Origin: Gammaproteobacteria bacterium
GTDB taxonomy: Bacteria; Pseudomonadota; Gammaproteobacteria; Ga0077536
Direction: 5' to 3'
Length of the DNA stretch: 64,000 bases
NCBI GenBank assembly: GCA_963662545.2
Contig: CAXXLL010000002.1
Coordinates: 544,001-608,000, forward strand
Shown: in pieces, positions 10,794-22,280 of the stretch
Layout: the number at the start of each line of letters is the position of its first letter
Numbering within the stretch: position 1 is the stretch's first letter
Program-made: the position numbers and the translations under genes
The notes under the pieces: generated by a model
Databases searched by the model: none
What the model was told of the DNA's origin: nothing
What the model saw: only the letters and a program-made list of their open reading frames with translations

Positions 10794-11642
10794 TCAAGCA
10801 GCCTGTTGATAATTATTTTCATAGTTTAGCGGTGATTGCTGACCGAGGGATGAGTGACGACGGTGCGGGTTGTACCAGCCTTCGATGAACTCGAAGATCG
10901 CCATCTTCGCTTCGGCCTGCGTCTTGAAACTGTGGCGGTCGATGAGTTCGCATTCGAGCGTCGCGAAGAAGCTCTCGGCCATCGCGTTATCGTAGCAATC
11001 GCCGACCGATCCCATCGACGGTTGTACACCCATTAACCGGCAGCGCTTGCCGAAGGCGAACGAAGTGTACTGACAGCCCTGGTCACTGTGATGGATCACA
11101 TTCTTCGGTCGACGCTGCCATAGCGCCATATTGAGCGCCTCGAGCACGAGCTCAGTGCGCAGATGCGTCGCCATCGACCAGCCTACGACGCGCCGACTGA
11201 ATGCATCGACGACAACCGCCAGATACACGAACCCCGCCCACGTCGGCACGTAGGTCACGTCAGCAACCCACAGTGCGTCCGGCCGCGAAGCCACGAAGTG
11301 ACGCTCGACCAGATCCGGCGCCGGGTGGGCATCGTGATCGCGGCGTGTCGTGCGCGTCCTTTTGCGTCGACTCACCCCGGCCAAACCCAATTCACGCAGC
11401 AGCCTGGCGACGCGCTTGCGACCCACGTGCGCCCCCTCATCCGCGAGCTCGGCGTGAATACGCGGTGCCCCATAGGTGCCTCGACTCCAGCTGTGGATGG
11501 CCTGGATACGTGCCTTGAGTTGCGCGTCGCGCTTCGACCGCGCTGAGGGTTCACGTGTCCGACACGCGTAGTAGCCACTCGGGGAGACACCGAGTAGCCG
11601 GCACATCGGCGCGATCCGGTAGGTGGCCTGATTCACTTTCAT
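10794..11642 (-). CDS. IS3-family transposase OrfB (DDE)
   Basis: WVADVTY, HHSDQGCQYTS, DNAMAESFFATLE. Confidence 0.95.
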   Translation of the reverse strand: MKVNQATYRIAPMCRLLGVSPSGYYACRTREPSARSKRDAQLKARIQAIHSWSRGTYGAPRIHAELADEGAHVGRKRVARLLRELGLAGVSRRKRTRTTRRDHDAHPAPDLVERHFVASRPDALWVADVTYVPTWAGFVYLAVVVDAFSRRVVGWSMATHLRTELVLEALNMALWQRRPKNVIHHSDQGCQYTSFAFGKRCRLMGVQPSMGSVGDCYDNAMAESFFATLECELIDRHSFKTQAEAKMAIFEFIEGWYNPHRRHSSLGQQSPLNYENNYQQAA

Positions 11643-11947
11643 GAACTCGAAGATTTCCTCGAATCGGTCTCCCGAGCGAACCAGGCCGTGGCTTTTGAAA
11701 GGATCTCCCGTTCCTCACGTAGCCGCCGATTCTCCCGACGCAGACGCCGCAGTTCTTCGCGTTCGACGGTGGTCAGACCGTCGTTGCGGCGACCTTCATC
11801 ACGGTCGGCCTGCGCGACCCAGTTGCGTACGGTCTGTGCGGTCGGCTCAAACTCGCGTGCAAGGTCTTCCGGGCTGCGGCCCGCCCGTACCAGTTCGATC
11901 ATCTGTTGCCGGAAGGCCGGTGGATAGGCAGTTCGTGTTTTGGGCAT
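11639..11947 (-). CDS. IS3-family transposase OrfA
   Basis: HTH plus leucine zipper (EELRRLRRENRRL), ATGA overlap with orfB. Confidence 0.92.
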   Translation of the reverse strand: MPKTRTAYPPAFRQQMIELVRAGRSPEDLAREFEPTAQTVRNWVAQADRDEGRRNDGLTTVEREELRRLRRENRRLREEREILSKATAWFARETDSRKSSSS

Positions 11948-12001
11948 CGTGGAATCCTCCTTCTAAAAGGGTCAGGTATCCACGAAAGCGGGTCAACTCC
12001 A

Positions 12002-14331
12002 GTCGCCGCCTACCGCGACTTCGTCCAGCATGTTCTTACCGTAGATCCGGCCGGTCCATTGCTGCGCGCTGGAGTACCTCCAGTCCGGTGAGGACAGCGA
12101 CACACCGAAGTCGAGGCGGTCCATGTCCCGGAGCTGGCCAATATTGTTGTCCGTGAAAGCCGCTTCGTCGCGGTGCGAAAAATCCAAGCGCACCGAAGCG
12201 ATGCCAAGCGGAGTCTGCCGCGTGTACACGAAGCCCGCACCGTAGCTCCACGGAGGAAGCCCGCACCGTAGCTCCACGGAGAGAGCCGCGGAATGTCGAG
12301 ATCTTCGTCGCGTCGGTCGAGCACGCCATCGCCGTTAAGATCGAAGCGGACTTTGTCATACTGACCGTCCGTGTAGCCGACGAAGAAATTGATGGCGACG
12401 TTTTCCGAGGTGGAAAACAGGGCGTCGACCTCGAAACCCCGGATCGTTGCCTCGGCCGTATTGCGGATCACCTGGACGACACCCGCCAGCCCTGGCGTAT
12501 TGATTTCGCGCTGCATGTCATCAATGTCGTTCCAGTAAAGCGCGATGTTTGAGTTGACCCGGCCATCGGGGGTGCGGTACTTGATCCCAGCTTCGTAGGC
12601 ATCCTGTTCTTCCTGATCGAAGGGGCCGGGGCCAATGCTGGGATCGGTGTTGCGCACGTTGTAACCGCCGGATCGAAAGCCTTTCGTCCAGTGCGCGTAG
12701 GCCTGGATAGCGTCGTTCGGCCGCCATTGGAGGCCGACCTTCGGTGTGAACGAGTCCCAGTTGTCCTCATCGACGAAGTCGAAGGGGCACGCGTCACCGA
12801 TTACGTCGCAGGCCACGAAGGGTCTCACGGCTCTACCCGATGCGAGGTTATCCGCCGGCAGTGGCACAACGTTCGCGTTCAGCGACGCTATCTGCACGGA
12901 CTTGTCTTCTTCGGTGTAACGTCCGCCGAAGGTCAGGGTGAAGGCATCCGTGAAATCATAGTCGAACGTAAGGAATACGCCCCAGGTGTCGTGATCTTGC
13001 ACGCCCCCGCCTTCAAATACCGTCGCGAAACCCAATGAAGCCAGCGTCGCCGGCAAGGAGCGCGTTTCCTGGTAAGCAATATCCTGGGTGAAATAATAGA
13101 CACCACCCGTGAGCGCTAAAACGCCCCCGAAACGGCCCGCATAGCGGAATTCGTTGCTGTACTGTTCCTGCTCGCTTCGCGCCGTGGCGTGAAACAGAAA
13201 AGTTGGCGTCCCGTCGACATCCACAAGCCCACTGAATTCAGAATCGCGCCAGCCAAAAATGTTTGTCAGGGTGCCGTCGCCGAAAGCGACGTCCCAGTTT
13301 GCTTCGACGATGACCTGGTCCCAGCCGTTATCAGAGAATCCTCGCTCATCGATCGAGAAGTCGAATTCGCCGGTATCGAACAAGACCGTATTTTGAGCCG
13401 CCGGGCCGTCCGCATCGAGCTTGCCGTGTTCGTATTTGACCAACAGCTCGATAGCCTGTGTTGGCGTCCATCGTAGCGAGGGACGGGCAATATAGTTCTC
13501 CACTTCGCCGAAATCGCGCCCGTCAAACAGGTTCTCGTGCCAGCCTTCATCGATGTTCATGTACATTGAAAGCCTCGCTGAGAGATCTTCCACCACGGGG
13601 CCGGTCACCGATGTCATCGCGTAATAACTCGCACCGGTTCGCTCCTCGAGGCGGCCTTCGATCCCGGTCTTAACCGAAAATGCGAACGCGTCGACAGGAT
13701 CCTTGGTATTGATCACGACCGCGCCGCCTGTAACGTTACGGCCAAACAGCAGTCCCTGCGGTCCGCGCAGCACTTCGACACTTTCGAGGTCGAACATGTC
13801 CATCAACACACCGGAGGTAACACCCATATACATGCCGTCGACGAACACGCCGACCGTCGGATCGATCGATGGGATAGAGCTGTTGATACCAAGCCCGCGT
13901 ATGGAGAAATTAGCGACACCTTTGAACGTGGCGATATCGTCGAGCTGAACGTTCGGCATGGAAAACGAAAGATCGGCGAGATCGCGTACGTGCAGCGCGT
14001 TGAGCTGATCGGCCCCATAGGCCGTAAGCGCGAGCGGTACGTCGTGGACGGTTTCTTCGATGTTTTTCTTCGTCGCCGTGACGACGACTTCTTCCAGGAT
14101 TGAAGAAGACAATTGCTGGGCTGCGGCAGGCGCTATCAGCAATGCCGCACCGATACCGAGGTACGTCGCGAGCGAGACGGTCCAACCCGGCAATCGCGTG
14201 TGCTCTATATCAACCAGAGAATTCGTCGCTCCCCCTCGGACCTGTTGTTCACGAGCAGGCCATCGAGCCGATCCCGTTTGTGACGCTGTTACTGTGATCT
14301 TGGTTTTACCAAAGGGTGCGGCGCCCTTCAA
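12002..14331 (-). pseudogene. TonB-dependent receptor, frameshifted by a 26-bp duplication and 3'-truncated by IS3
   Basis: LEEVVVTATK TonB-box region, VEVLRGPQGLLFGRNVTGGA plug motif, GFRSGGYN; tail ...GKNMLDEVAVGGD abuts the IS; start uncertain. Confidence 0.9.
12230..12281. repeat. perfect 26-bp tandem duplication
   Basis: GAAGCCCGCACCGTAGCTCCACGGAG twice in tandem. Confidence 0.95.
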
Positions 14332-14339
14332 AGCTTACA

Positions 14340-14820
14340 TCCCATCCGGTATCAAAACATTTGGGCCGTCTGGGGCTGTTTCCTAAGGGAGGCTTTGGGT
14401 CACCTTTGGTTGATGTTAAGCGGCGTGTCGCTGAGGGTTCAAGCGTCGGTTATTGAATGTCGGTTTCTTGATCGTTTTCGGCCGGTCGAAGAGGGCTGTG
14501 TCGCGCCGTGTCCCCGGCCAAGCGCCGCTTGCCCGCTTCCAAACACCCTTCGACCCGCTGTCATACAGGCTCTGGGCAATCCCTTCCTTCCGACATAACT
14601 CGGCAATCGACTGTTCGCCGCGCAGCCCTTCCAGAACAGTCCGGATCTTCGCCTCCGCCGCATACTGCTTGCGGGTCGCACGGCGGATCGCTTTGACGTG
14701 CTGCTCAGCGGTTTCCTTCGTTTTATCGCTCGTCTTCGCTCTCTTTCAGAGCTTCGACGAGCCGCATTTACTCCATTAACTTTTCGCCGTAACTTGTCTC
14801 ATAGGCGCTGACGGGGAGCA
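14340..14820 (-). mobile_element. internally deleted IS remnant related to the element at 18830-20341
   Basis: Both ends resemble that element (TCAAAACA..TGGG..TAAGGGAGG..GATGTTAAGC; AGGCGCTGACG..CA); orfA piece is joined to the orfB tail. Confidence 0.75.
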
Positions 14821-14860
14821 TGAGTCAACGCAGCACCGGATCATTTGATAGGATACTCCT

Positions 14861-15131
14861 ATGCCGATATACCGCATCGATGACAACAAGATCATCCCCA
14901 TAGAAAGGACGACGTTCGAGCAACAGGGCTTGAGAGAGCGCCCAGACCTACAGCGTATTCTCAAAGCTTCGATTGGCGTGATCTTGCCCGATACGCTTGT
15001 GGTCGCCGAGGAGTTCGGGGGTTGGGAAGACAGCAGACGACGGATCGACCTCCTTGGCATAGACAAGCGTGCCAACCTGGTGGTCATCGAACTCAAGCGC
15101 ACTGAAGAAGGTGGTCATATGGAGCTACAAG
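14861..15131 (+). pseudogene. PD-(D/E)XK NucS-like endonuclease, N-terminal part (interrupted by IS66)
   Basis: EEF..W.DSRRRIDLLGIDKRANLVVIELKR nuclease motif; reading frame resumes at 25659. Confidence 0.85.
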
Positions 15132-15217
15132 GTAACCGGTCAATCCAGGCCGTTATTCACGGTCTCGGGCAGATGGTTTAGTTTGCCAGGTTTCCCAGTC
15201 AATCGGGAGCTTGGTAA

Positions 15218-15508
15218 ATGAATGATCACGGAAAACCTCGGAACAAACGACGTAGTGCGGATGAGTGGCGTGGCCTATTAGCGGAGCAGGCACAAAGCGG
15301 TTCATCGATCCGCGCATTCTGTGCTGAGCGAGGAATTGGATATTCGACGTTCAGTAAAAGGAAGTCGAGGTCAGCGAGGGACGCTCAGATAGGGAAGGCG
15401 GAAACACGTTTCGTCGAGTTGGCCCCGTTACAACCATTAACCAATGCACAATGGGATATCGAGTTAGCGCTCGGTGATGACATCGTGCTACGTGTGTCAC
15501 GGCACTGA
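15218..15508 (+). CDS. IS66 accessory protein TnpA
   Basis: RRSADEW...QSG.SIRAFC...F.EL pattern. Confidence 0.85.
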   Translation: MNDHGKPRNKRRSADEWRGLLAEQAQSGSSIRAFCAERGIGYSTFSKRKSRSARDAQIGKAETRFVELAPLQPLTNAQWDIELALGDDIVLRVSRH

Positions 15509-15876
15509 TGTGGTCGCCCCCATCGGGTTTGCGTATATGGTTATGTCGGGCACCGACTGATATGCGTCAATCGTTCCATGGTTTATCGGCGTTGGTGCGG
15601 CAGGCGTTACACGAGGAGCCCCTCGATGGGGCACTGTACGTTTTCGTCAATCGCCGGCGTACGTTATTAAAAGCGCTGTACTTTGAGTCGGACGGATATT
15701 GTCTGTGGAGTAAGAAACTCGAACGCGGTCAGTTCCAGGTTCGGTGGAATAGCGAGGTCAAACAGCGGCTGCAACGCAGCGAATGGCAGTGCATTATTGA
15801 AGGGATCGATCTACGCTCAGTGCGTCGATTAAAACGGTTTCGATTACCGGAAAACGATCGACGGTCAGCAGTGTAA
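15508..15876 (+). CDS. IS66 accessory protein TnpB
   Basis: PTDMRQSFHGL, YVFVNRRR, KKLERGQF. Confidence 0.93.
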   Translation: MWSPPSGLRIWLCRAPTDMRQSFHGLSALVRQALHEEPLDGALYVFVNRRRTLLKALYFESDGYCLWSKKLERGQFQVRWNSEVKQRLQRSEWQCIIEGIDLRSVRRLKRFRLPENDRRSAV

Positions 15877-15894
15877 ACGGTACAATACGTACCC

Positions 15895-17478
15895 ATGAAT
15901 GGGGGTTATGCAACGCCGGAAATATCACTTGATGCGGCGGTGTTACAAGCGGAAAACACAGCCCTCAAAACGCAGGTCGCCACACTCACCCAACAACTCG
16001 ACTGGTTCAAACGCCAACTGTTCGGTCGCAAGTCTGAACGGCGGCTGATTGATCCCAATCCCGATCAACGGTTACTCAATGGCTTCGAGGATGAGTCGTC
16101 ATCGACGGCGGCGGTTGAGAAAGAAACGATCACTTATCAGCGGCGCAAAGGAAAGCGCCGTGGCGATGATTGTGTGACTGATCAAGGGTTACGTTTCGAT
16201 GACTCGGTGCCGATTGAATGCATCCAATTGTCGGTACCTGAAGATGTCGCGGATGCGTTTGAAGCGAGCAGTGAAAAGATCACCTATCGTTTAGCGCAAC
16301 GGCCGGCGGCCTATGTGGTCTTGAAGTACATCCAACCGGTAGTGAAGCGCAAAAGCGACGGTCAGATCTTCACGATCCCGGCGCCCGATGGTCTGTGGTC
16401 CGGCTCATTGGCGGATGTGAGTGTGGTTGCGGGGATGCTGGTTGATAAGTTCGCTTATCACCTGCCGCTGTACCGTCAACATCAACGAATGGGGCTGAAC
16501 GGCATTACCGTGGCGCGGTCGAGTCTGACGCACTGGGTGCAGAAGGCAAGTGACCTGTTGAAGCCGATTTATCTGGCGCAGTTGCGGCATATCTTGTTAT
16601 CGAAGACGCTGGCGATGGATGAAACGCCGATTAAGGCGGGTCGCTCGGGCAAGGGCAAGATGAACGCGGCGTGGTATTGGCCAATTTATGGCGAAGCGGA
16701 TGAGATTGCGTTCACGTTTGCGCGAACCAAGGCGCGGTCGCACATCGACAAAACGTTGGTGGACTTTAAAGGCACCTTACTAACCGATGGCGCCGCGGCT
16801 TATGCGCGTTTTGCCGCCGATCGCGGCGATGAAGTCGTGCATGCGCAATGCTGGGCGCACACGCGTCGTCAGTTCGAAAGGGCATTATCCGATAGGCCAC
16901 AAAGTGCGGCGCAGGCACTTGATTTGATCGCGGCACTGTATGCCGTTGAGGCCACCATCCGTGACCAGGCAATGGATGAAGCGGCGACCCAGACCTACCG
17001 CAGCCGGTACGCCTTGCCTGCGGTTGATGCATTTTTTGCCTGGCTTGACGAGCAACGCCAGTGCATGGGTTTATTACCGAGTCAGCCGTTTACGAAGGCG
17101 CTGGCCTATGCAGCCGAGCGTGAGGGCGCGTTACGTGTTTACTTATCGGATGCGAGCGTCGCGATCGACACGAATCATTTAGAGCGCGCTCTGAGACCCA
17201 TTCCGATGGGCCGAAAGAATTGGATGTTCTGTTGGACTGAGGTGGGCGCTGAACACGTTGGGATCATACAAAGTTTGATCTGTACTTGCCGAATACACGG
17301 CATTAATCCGTACACCTACCTGGTTGATGTACTCCAGAGGATCGCGATCCATCCGGATAGCGCAGTGGAACAACTCACGCCTCGGGTGTGGAAGACATTG
17401 TTCGCTACCCAACCGCTGCGTTCTAACTTGGCCGTCGTTACCGCAACACGAGATCAATTACCAGACGCCGCCGTTTGA
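15895..17478 (+). CDS. IS66 transposase TnpC
   Basis: LFGRKSE, HLPLYRQ, MDETP, CWAHTRR, IDTNHLERALR. Confidence 0.95.
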   Translation: MNGGYATPEISLDAAVLQAENTALKTQVATLTQQLDWFKRQLFGRKSERRLIDPNPDQRLLNGFEDESSSTAAVEKETITYQRRKGKRRGDDCVTDQGLRFDDSVPIECIQLSVPEDVADAFEASSEKITYRLAQRPAAYVVLKYIQPVVKRKSDGQIFTIPAPDGLWSGSLADVSVVAGMLVDKFAYHLPLYRQHQRMGLNGITVARSSLTHWVQKASDLLKPIYLAQLRHILLSKTLAMDETPIKAGRSGKGKMNAAWYWPIYGEADEIAFTFARTKARSHIDKTLVDFKGTLLTDGAAAYARFAADRGDEVVHAQCWAHTRRQFERALSDRPQSAAQALDLIAALYAVEATIRDQAMDEAATQTYRSRYALPAVDAFFAWLDEQRQCMGLLPSQPFTKALAYAAEREGALRVYLSDASVAIDTNHLERALRPIPMGRKNWMFCWTEVGAEHVGIIQSLICTCRIHGINPYTYLVDVLQRIAIHPDSAVEQLTPRVWKTLFATQPLRSNLAVVTATRDQLPDAAV

Positions 17479-17486
17479 CCGGTTAC

Positions 17487-18400
17487 TCTTGTAAGGCAGT
17501 CGCTTACCCGCCATCTTATCTTGTCAACCGTGTCGAGCTCGCGGACGGACGTCCCGAGAATTCATTGATGTAGCGGCCTAGGTGCTTCGAGTTCATGTGA
17601 TGGTAGGTGCCGTGGTAACCGCGCTTCAAGAGCACCCAGAAGCTTTCTATGCCGTTGGTGTGGACCTGCTCGCGGACGTACTCACTGATGGAGTGTTTGA
17701 TGGCCTCATGCTCGAAGGGCAGGCCATGATAGCCCGCGTGGTCGTCGGTATAGATAGTGGTAGAAGTCATTGCAGCGGCCACCACGAAGCCCTGCGCGTA
17801 GCCTTGTCGGTTTCCTTGATAACCTTGGCCTTGACTCGATTGGTCTTTCGATCCTTGGCGCCGACGACCGTGGCCTTGCCGACGGTACCACGGCCAGCCT
17901 TGCGTTTCTTTGATCCGTGCTTGTTGCGCTCGGGCCCGCCGATGTAGATCTCATCGATTTCGAGCGGGCCGGCGATTAGCGGATCTTTGCTTTCCCACGC
18001 CTTACGGATTCGCTGGAGCATGTACCACGCCGATATCCCGGTGCAGTTTCATGCTGGAGACACCCTTGAGGCTCGTCAGTTGCAGGCGGATGGCAATCGC
18101 CCACCTGCGCAGCGAGATATGGGACTTATGCATGACGGTCCCCGTTTTGACCTAGAAGTACGCGCGGCAGTCCGTGCAGCGGTAGGGCATATTGTTGTGG
18201 CCCGCATCGTGCGTGCGGGTGCTGCCGCAGATCGGACAACAACGACCTTCCATAGACGGGACTTGAACCACGTGCGCGCTCTGTCCTCGGTGGGGAACAG
18301 GTCCTTGAGTTGCACCAGCGTGATGCCGTCTCGATGGTCCTTTCCGGGCGCTTTGTGGGCCATGATCTCGTCCTTACCCCTTGTTTTAATTGCAGAATAA
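17487..18400 (-). pseudogene. IS1595-family transposase, fragmented
   Basis: Pieces in several frames: LFPTEDRAR, EIDEIYIGG, IYTDD, HTNGIESFW.LLKRG..GTYH. Confidence 0.85.
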
Positions 18401-18474
18401 GGAAATGAAAAGTCAATATTTAGTTAAAATTCCCTTAATTTTAATCGGAATTTCCTAGATTAAGACCTTAATTC

Positions 18475-18825
18475 CTATTGGCTGAGAGGGCCTCCGTTCA
18501 GGCACCTTACGACATTCCACCATGTGTCTGCCGTCACGCGGTCAATGACCTCTGCTGATTCGTTTCTAGGTGCGTCTCCGATATAAACAGTCCCGGCTCC
18601 CATCTGCGGGTACACCTTCATAACCTTGATATTATCTTTGGGCACAGAAACCCAAGCAGGTCGATCGTTGGGAAGCCAATGCGGGAATGTTACGTTAGCT
18701 TCCCCGCACCTAACCGGGGGATCTTTAGCTAACGTTTGACCGCATAGAAGGGCGCAGAGAAGTGCGCCGAATGCTTGTCTACTGGTGAGTAGCATCCTCA
18801 TCATACTTGTGGCTGTTGTATTCAA
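18475..18825 (-). CDS. hypothetical protein with signal-peptide-like N-terminus
   Basis: Hydrophobic leader FGALLCALLCGQTLA; no recognised domain. Confidence 0.5.
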   Translation of the reverse strand: MNTTATSMMRMLLTSRQAFGALLCALLCGQTLAKDPPVRCGEANVTFPHWLPNDRPAWVSVPKDNIKVMKVYPQMGAGTVYIGDAPRNESAEVIDRVTADTWWNVVRCLNGGPLSQ

Positions 18826-18829
18826 CGGG

Positions 18830-20341
18830 TGTCCGTCATCAAAACAAATGGGACTGTTGAGCGTGTTTCATAAGGGAGGATCTGGCTCATCTTTGTTTGA
18901 TGTTAAGCCGCTTGGCTTTGATGGTTCAAGCGGCGGTTTTGGGTGGTCAGTTTTTTGATCTTTTTTCTCTTTTCGATGATGGCGGTGTGGCGTCCAAAGT
19001 AGGCGTCAGCTGGAGTTACGTTGCCGATGCTCTGGTGGTAGCGTTGGGTGTTGTAGTGATCGACGAAGGCGCTGATCTGGTTTTCGAGAGCGCCGGGTAG
19101 ATAATAATTTTCAAGCAGGATGCGGTTCTTCAGCGTTTGATGCCAGCGCTCGATCTTGCCCTGGGTTTGCGGGTGATACGGTGCGCCCCGAACGTGATCC
19201 ATACCGTGGTCCTCGAGCCATTCAGCCACATCGCTGGAGATATAGGACGAGCCGTTGTCGCTGAGCAGCCTCGGCTTGTGGACGACATTGGCGCGATTGC
19301 AGCCTGAGGCTTCTAGCGCCAACTTCAGTGTTGCCGTCACATCGTCCGCCGTCATGTTGGTGCAGAGCTTCCAAGCAATGATGGTGCGGGAATAGTCGTC
19401 CAGGATGCTCGACAGGTAAAACCAGCCCCAGCCGATGACCTTGAGATAGGTGAAGTCGGTCTGCCACAGCGGGTTCGGCGCCGTGGTCTTGTTGCGGAAC
19501 TCATCGGCTGCCTTGATGACCACGAAAGCGGGGCTGGTGATCAGGTCGTGGGCCTTGAGAAACCGGTCAACCGAGGCTTCCGAGACAAAGTAGCCCCTGG
19601 TGTGCGTAAACCTGACGGCCCGTTCCCGGGGCGACAGTTGCGTCTCCTCCAGGGCAAGATCGATGCTCTGCCCCCGGACATCATCCGGGATACGGTTCCA
19701 CACCCGGCCTGGGCTGCTGTTGCGATCCTCAAGACCGGCGTCGCCAAAGGCCAGAAAGCGATCGTAGCAGCGATAAAAGGTGGTCTTCGGAATGCCCAGC
19801 TTGTCCAAAGTGGACCCGACGCCCAGGTGGGACTGCTCGACCCGGCGGATGATCTCCAGCTTCTCGGATGCGGGATACCTCATTGCTCGCCGCCCCCATG
19901 CCCGATCATGTTTTTTTTGAGAAGACGGTTCTCCAGCGAAAGTTCGGCGACCCACTCCTTCAAGTCGCGCATCTCCTGGCGCAGGCCTTTAACCTCACCC
20001 GAGGTCGCTTGGCGCCCGGTGTCGCCGGCGAGCCGCTTCTTGCCCGCTTCCAAAAACTCTTTCGACCCGCTGTAATACAGACCCTCGGCGATGCCCTCGC
20101 GGCGGCACAAGGCGGCGATGCTCTCCTCGCCGCGCAGGCCCGACACCACGATCCGGATCTTCTCCTCAGCCGTATACTGCTTGCGTGTCTTGCGGCGAAT
20201 ATCCCGAACCGTTCTCTCCGCCGGGTCGTTCTTGCTCATTGATTTCTGTCTCATCTTCGTTCCCTTCGGTTACTACGATGAGCCAGAAATCCTCCGTTAT
20301 GCAATTACCTCAATTTGTCCCAAAGGCGCTGACGTCAGACA
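18830..20341 (-). mobile_element. IS3/IS481-like insertion sequence (orfA 19880-20254, orfB 18903-19955)
   Basis: TGT...ACA termini; A8 slippery run at ~19911-19918; WQTDFTY, LLSDNG, QTQGKIERWH. Confidence 0.9.
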
Positions 20342-21075
20342 CACTCAGCCAGGGCAGCGGCTCGGGCTTGTTTGAAAATAGCGCGGCGGTTGAGGTGGCG
20401 TTGGTGGTTGAAATGGTTATAGATCGAGGCATGGACAGAGGCGAATTTCTGTAGGGTCTTGATGTCTCTGAAGCGCGCCATTGCCCCTTCCCGCCTTCGA
20501 AAGGGCTGATGTGAGTTTTCTGCCCGGTTGTTCAGCCAACGCCCGGTCTCTTGGCAACCTTCGTTGCCGATCACCTTCATCGCAGCACGATATGACGGTA
20601 GCCTATCCGTGACCATCGAAGCCGGCCGGCCATAACGCTTCATCGTGCCCTTCAGGAACTCAAGCGCAGCCTTGCGGTCCCGCCGTTTCGTCACAAAACC
20701 CTCAAGGACTTCGCCTTCATGGTCAACGGCACGCCATAGGTAATGTGTCTTGCCGTTGATGCGGACAAACACTTCATCAAGGTGCCAGCGCCAGTTCGAA
20801 TAGGATCCATGATGAACACGGCGTGTCCGGATCTCCGCGGCAAACAGCGGACCAAAGCGGTTCCACCCATACCGCACGGTCTCATGGCAGATCTCGATGC
20901 CGCGCTCGAACAGGAGATCTTCGACCTGTCTCAGCGACAAAGGGTATCGGACATACAACATCACCGCGAAGCGGATCACTTCGGGCGAACTGTTGAAATA
21001 ACGGAAAGGATTGTGCATCACCGGAGGCTACGAGGCCTTACTTTTCAGCTCAAGCCCATTTACTCTGACAATGCC
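20342..21075 (-). mobile_element. IS6-family element, 3' end clipped by the adjacent IS
   Basis: IR GGCATTGTCAGA at 21064-21075; transposase WHLDEVFVRING, YLWRAVD, NNRAENSH. Confidence 0.92.
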
Positions 21076-21286
21076 GATTAAGAACCAGTAGTTGATGTTT
21101 GATCAGGAGCGATTCTGCGACCACAGATCGGACGCCGCCAGGCCCCAGCAATTTAGCGACCGTCACAATGAAGTGGATAAATAGGAAAACCCCGTCTCGC
21201 ATCCCACTATCGTATCCAGCAGGGCGATACTGACAAGACTAGGAAATTGCACGCTTTCTGTTCAGAATTGGAATTCGCCACCCACA
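21076..21286 (-). mobile_element. 5' fragment of the rve-type IS seen at 41776-42971
   Basis: Near-identical end (TGTGGGTGGCGAATT...) and MRDGVFLFIHFIVTVAKLLGPGGVRSVVAESLL start, cut by IS6. Confidence 0.85.
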
Positions 21287-21386
21287 GGTTCCGAGTCACG
21301 ATCAACTCGCCGATGAGGTGTCCAAATGGGAAATCTCGGGTAACATGTTCCAGTCTATGACTGTGAGAAGGAGCGGTTGGGTGAGC

Positions 21387-22136
21387 ATGTATGAGAAGCT
21401 TTCTGAAAGACTGATGGCTGCTCTGCATTTGGCGGTACCGCCGGTAGCGGTCAGTTTTCCAAGCCGAGCACCGTCGGCGATGGCCAGGCCGGCAACCCCG
21501 GTAGCGGCTGGCTGTGCATTCTGGGAGCAAGGGGCAAATCGAGCGGTAACTACTACCGCGAGTGACCATCGCTTCTGCTCTATCGGGATACACACCCATA
21601 ACATCGCTGGAGCACCCGACTCCCAAGCGGGCGAACTGCAGGATGCGCTCGCGGCCATGCAGGGCTTGGACTATGTGCGGCCCGACGAGGTTGCAGCCCT
21701 TCCGGTTATGAAGAATTCGGTATCCTATGTTGTCTATTGCCCCTTGGGAGAGATGGCAGAGCAACCCCAGGTAGTGCTGCTGTTTGCACATTCCGCCCAG
21801 GGCTTGGTGTTATCCGAGGCATTGGCGCGGGTGGACGGCGCCGTGCCAATCGCCATGGGGAGACCTGCCTGTGCACTGATTCCCCAGGTTGTAAACAGTG
21901 CACGCTCGGCCGCGAGCTTGGGCTGCTGCGGCGCCCGAGCGTATCTCGACGTACTGAGTGATGATGTGGCAATGTGGGGTTTGCATGGTGGAAAGATCGA
22001 GCAGTATGTCTCGGAGATCGAGACCCTAGCCAAGGCTAACGCGATACTCACTCAGTTCCACGAACGACGGCGCAGCGACATAGAGTCAGGCGAGTTGCCA
22101 AGTGTCGCCGAGTCCTTGTCCCGCCTGCCCGGTTAG
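21387..22136 (+). CDS. DUF169-family protein
   Basis: PPVAV, GCAFW, DH.FCSIG, GRPACA, SLGCCGARAY motifs. Confidence 0.8.
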   Translation: MYEKLSERLMAALHLAVPPVAVSFPSRAPSAMARPATPVAAGCAFWEQGANRAVTTTASDHRFCSIGIHTHNIAGAPDSQAGELQDALAAMQGLDYVRPDEVAALPVMKNSVSYVVYCPLGEMAEQPQVVLLFAHSAQGLVLSEALARVDGAVPIAMGRPACALIPQVVNSARSAASLGCCGARAYLDVLSDDVAMWGLHGGKIEQYVSEIETLAKANAILTQFHERRRSDIESGELPSVAESLSRLPG

Positions 22137-22172
22137 CCTCTTCTAAAGCGGATACGCGAGGCCATCCCCGTT

Positions 22173-22280
22173 ATGAAGGTTGTCCTGATCAACCCGTATG
22201 AGCTGGGCCGCCAACCCTTCGCCCTCGCGCAGCCGGCAGCGTGGCTCAAGGAAGCGGATCACCAGGTGTGCTGCCTCGAG
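22173..22280 (+). pseudogene. N-terminal stub of a B12-binding radical SAM protein (CUAEP/CCAEP-tail type), cut by IS6
   Basis: MKVVLINPYELGRQPFALAQPAAWL resembles the recalled N-terminus of this family; only 36 codons remain. Confidence 0.6.

Larger units (their letters stand above)
10753..12001 (-). mobile_element. IS3-family insertion sequence, apparently complete
   Basis: Imperfect terminal IRs TGGAGTTGCCCCGTTTCCGTGGA / TGGAGTTGACCCGCTTTCGTGGA; orfA+orfB; no matching target duplication seen. Confidence 0.92.
15132..17486 (+). mobile_element. IS66-family element, copy A
   Basis: Ends GTAACCGGTCAA...TTGACCGGTTAC; tnpA-tnpB-tnpC. Confidence 0.95.

Noticed and set aside
15508-15876. IS66 TnpB as an RNA-guided TnpB nuclease
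   Set aside because: Name overlap only; these are ~120-aa IS66 accessory proteins without a RuvC domain.
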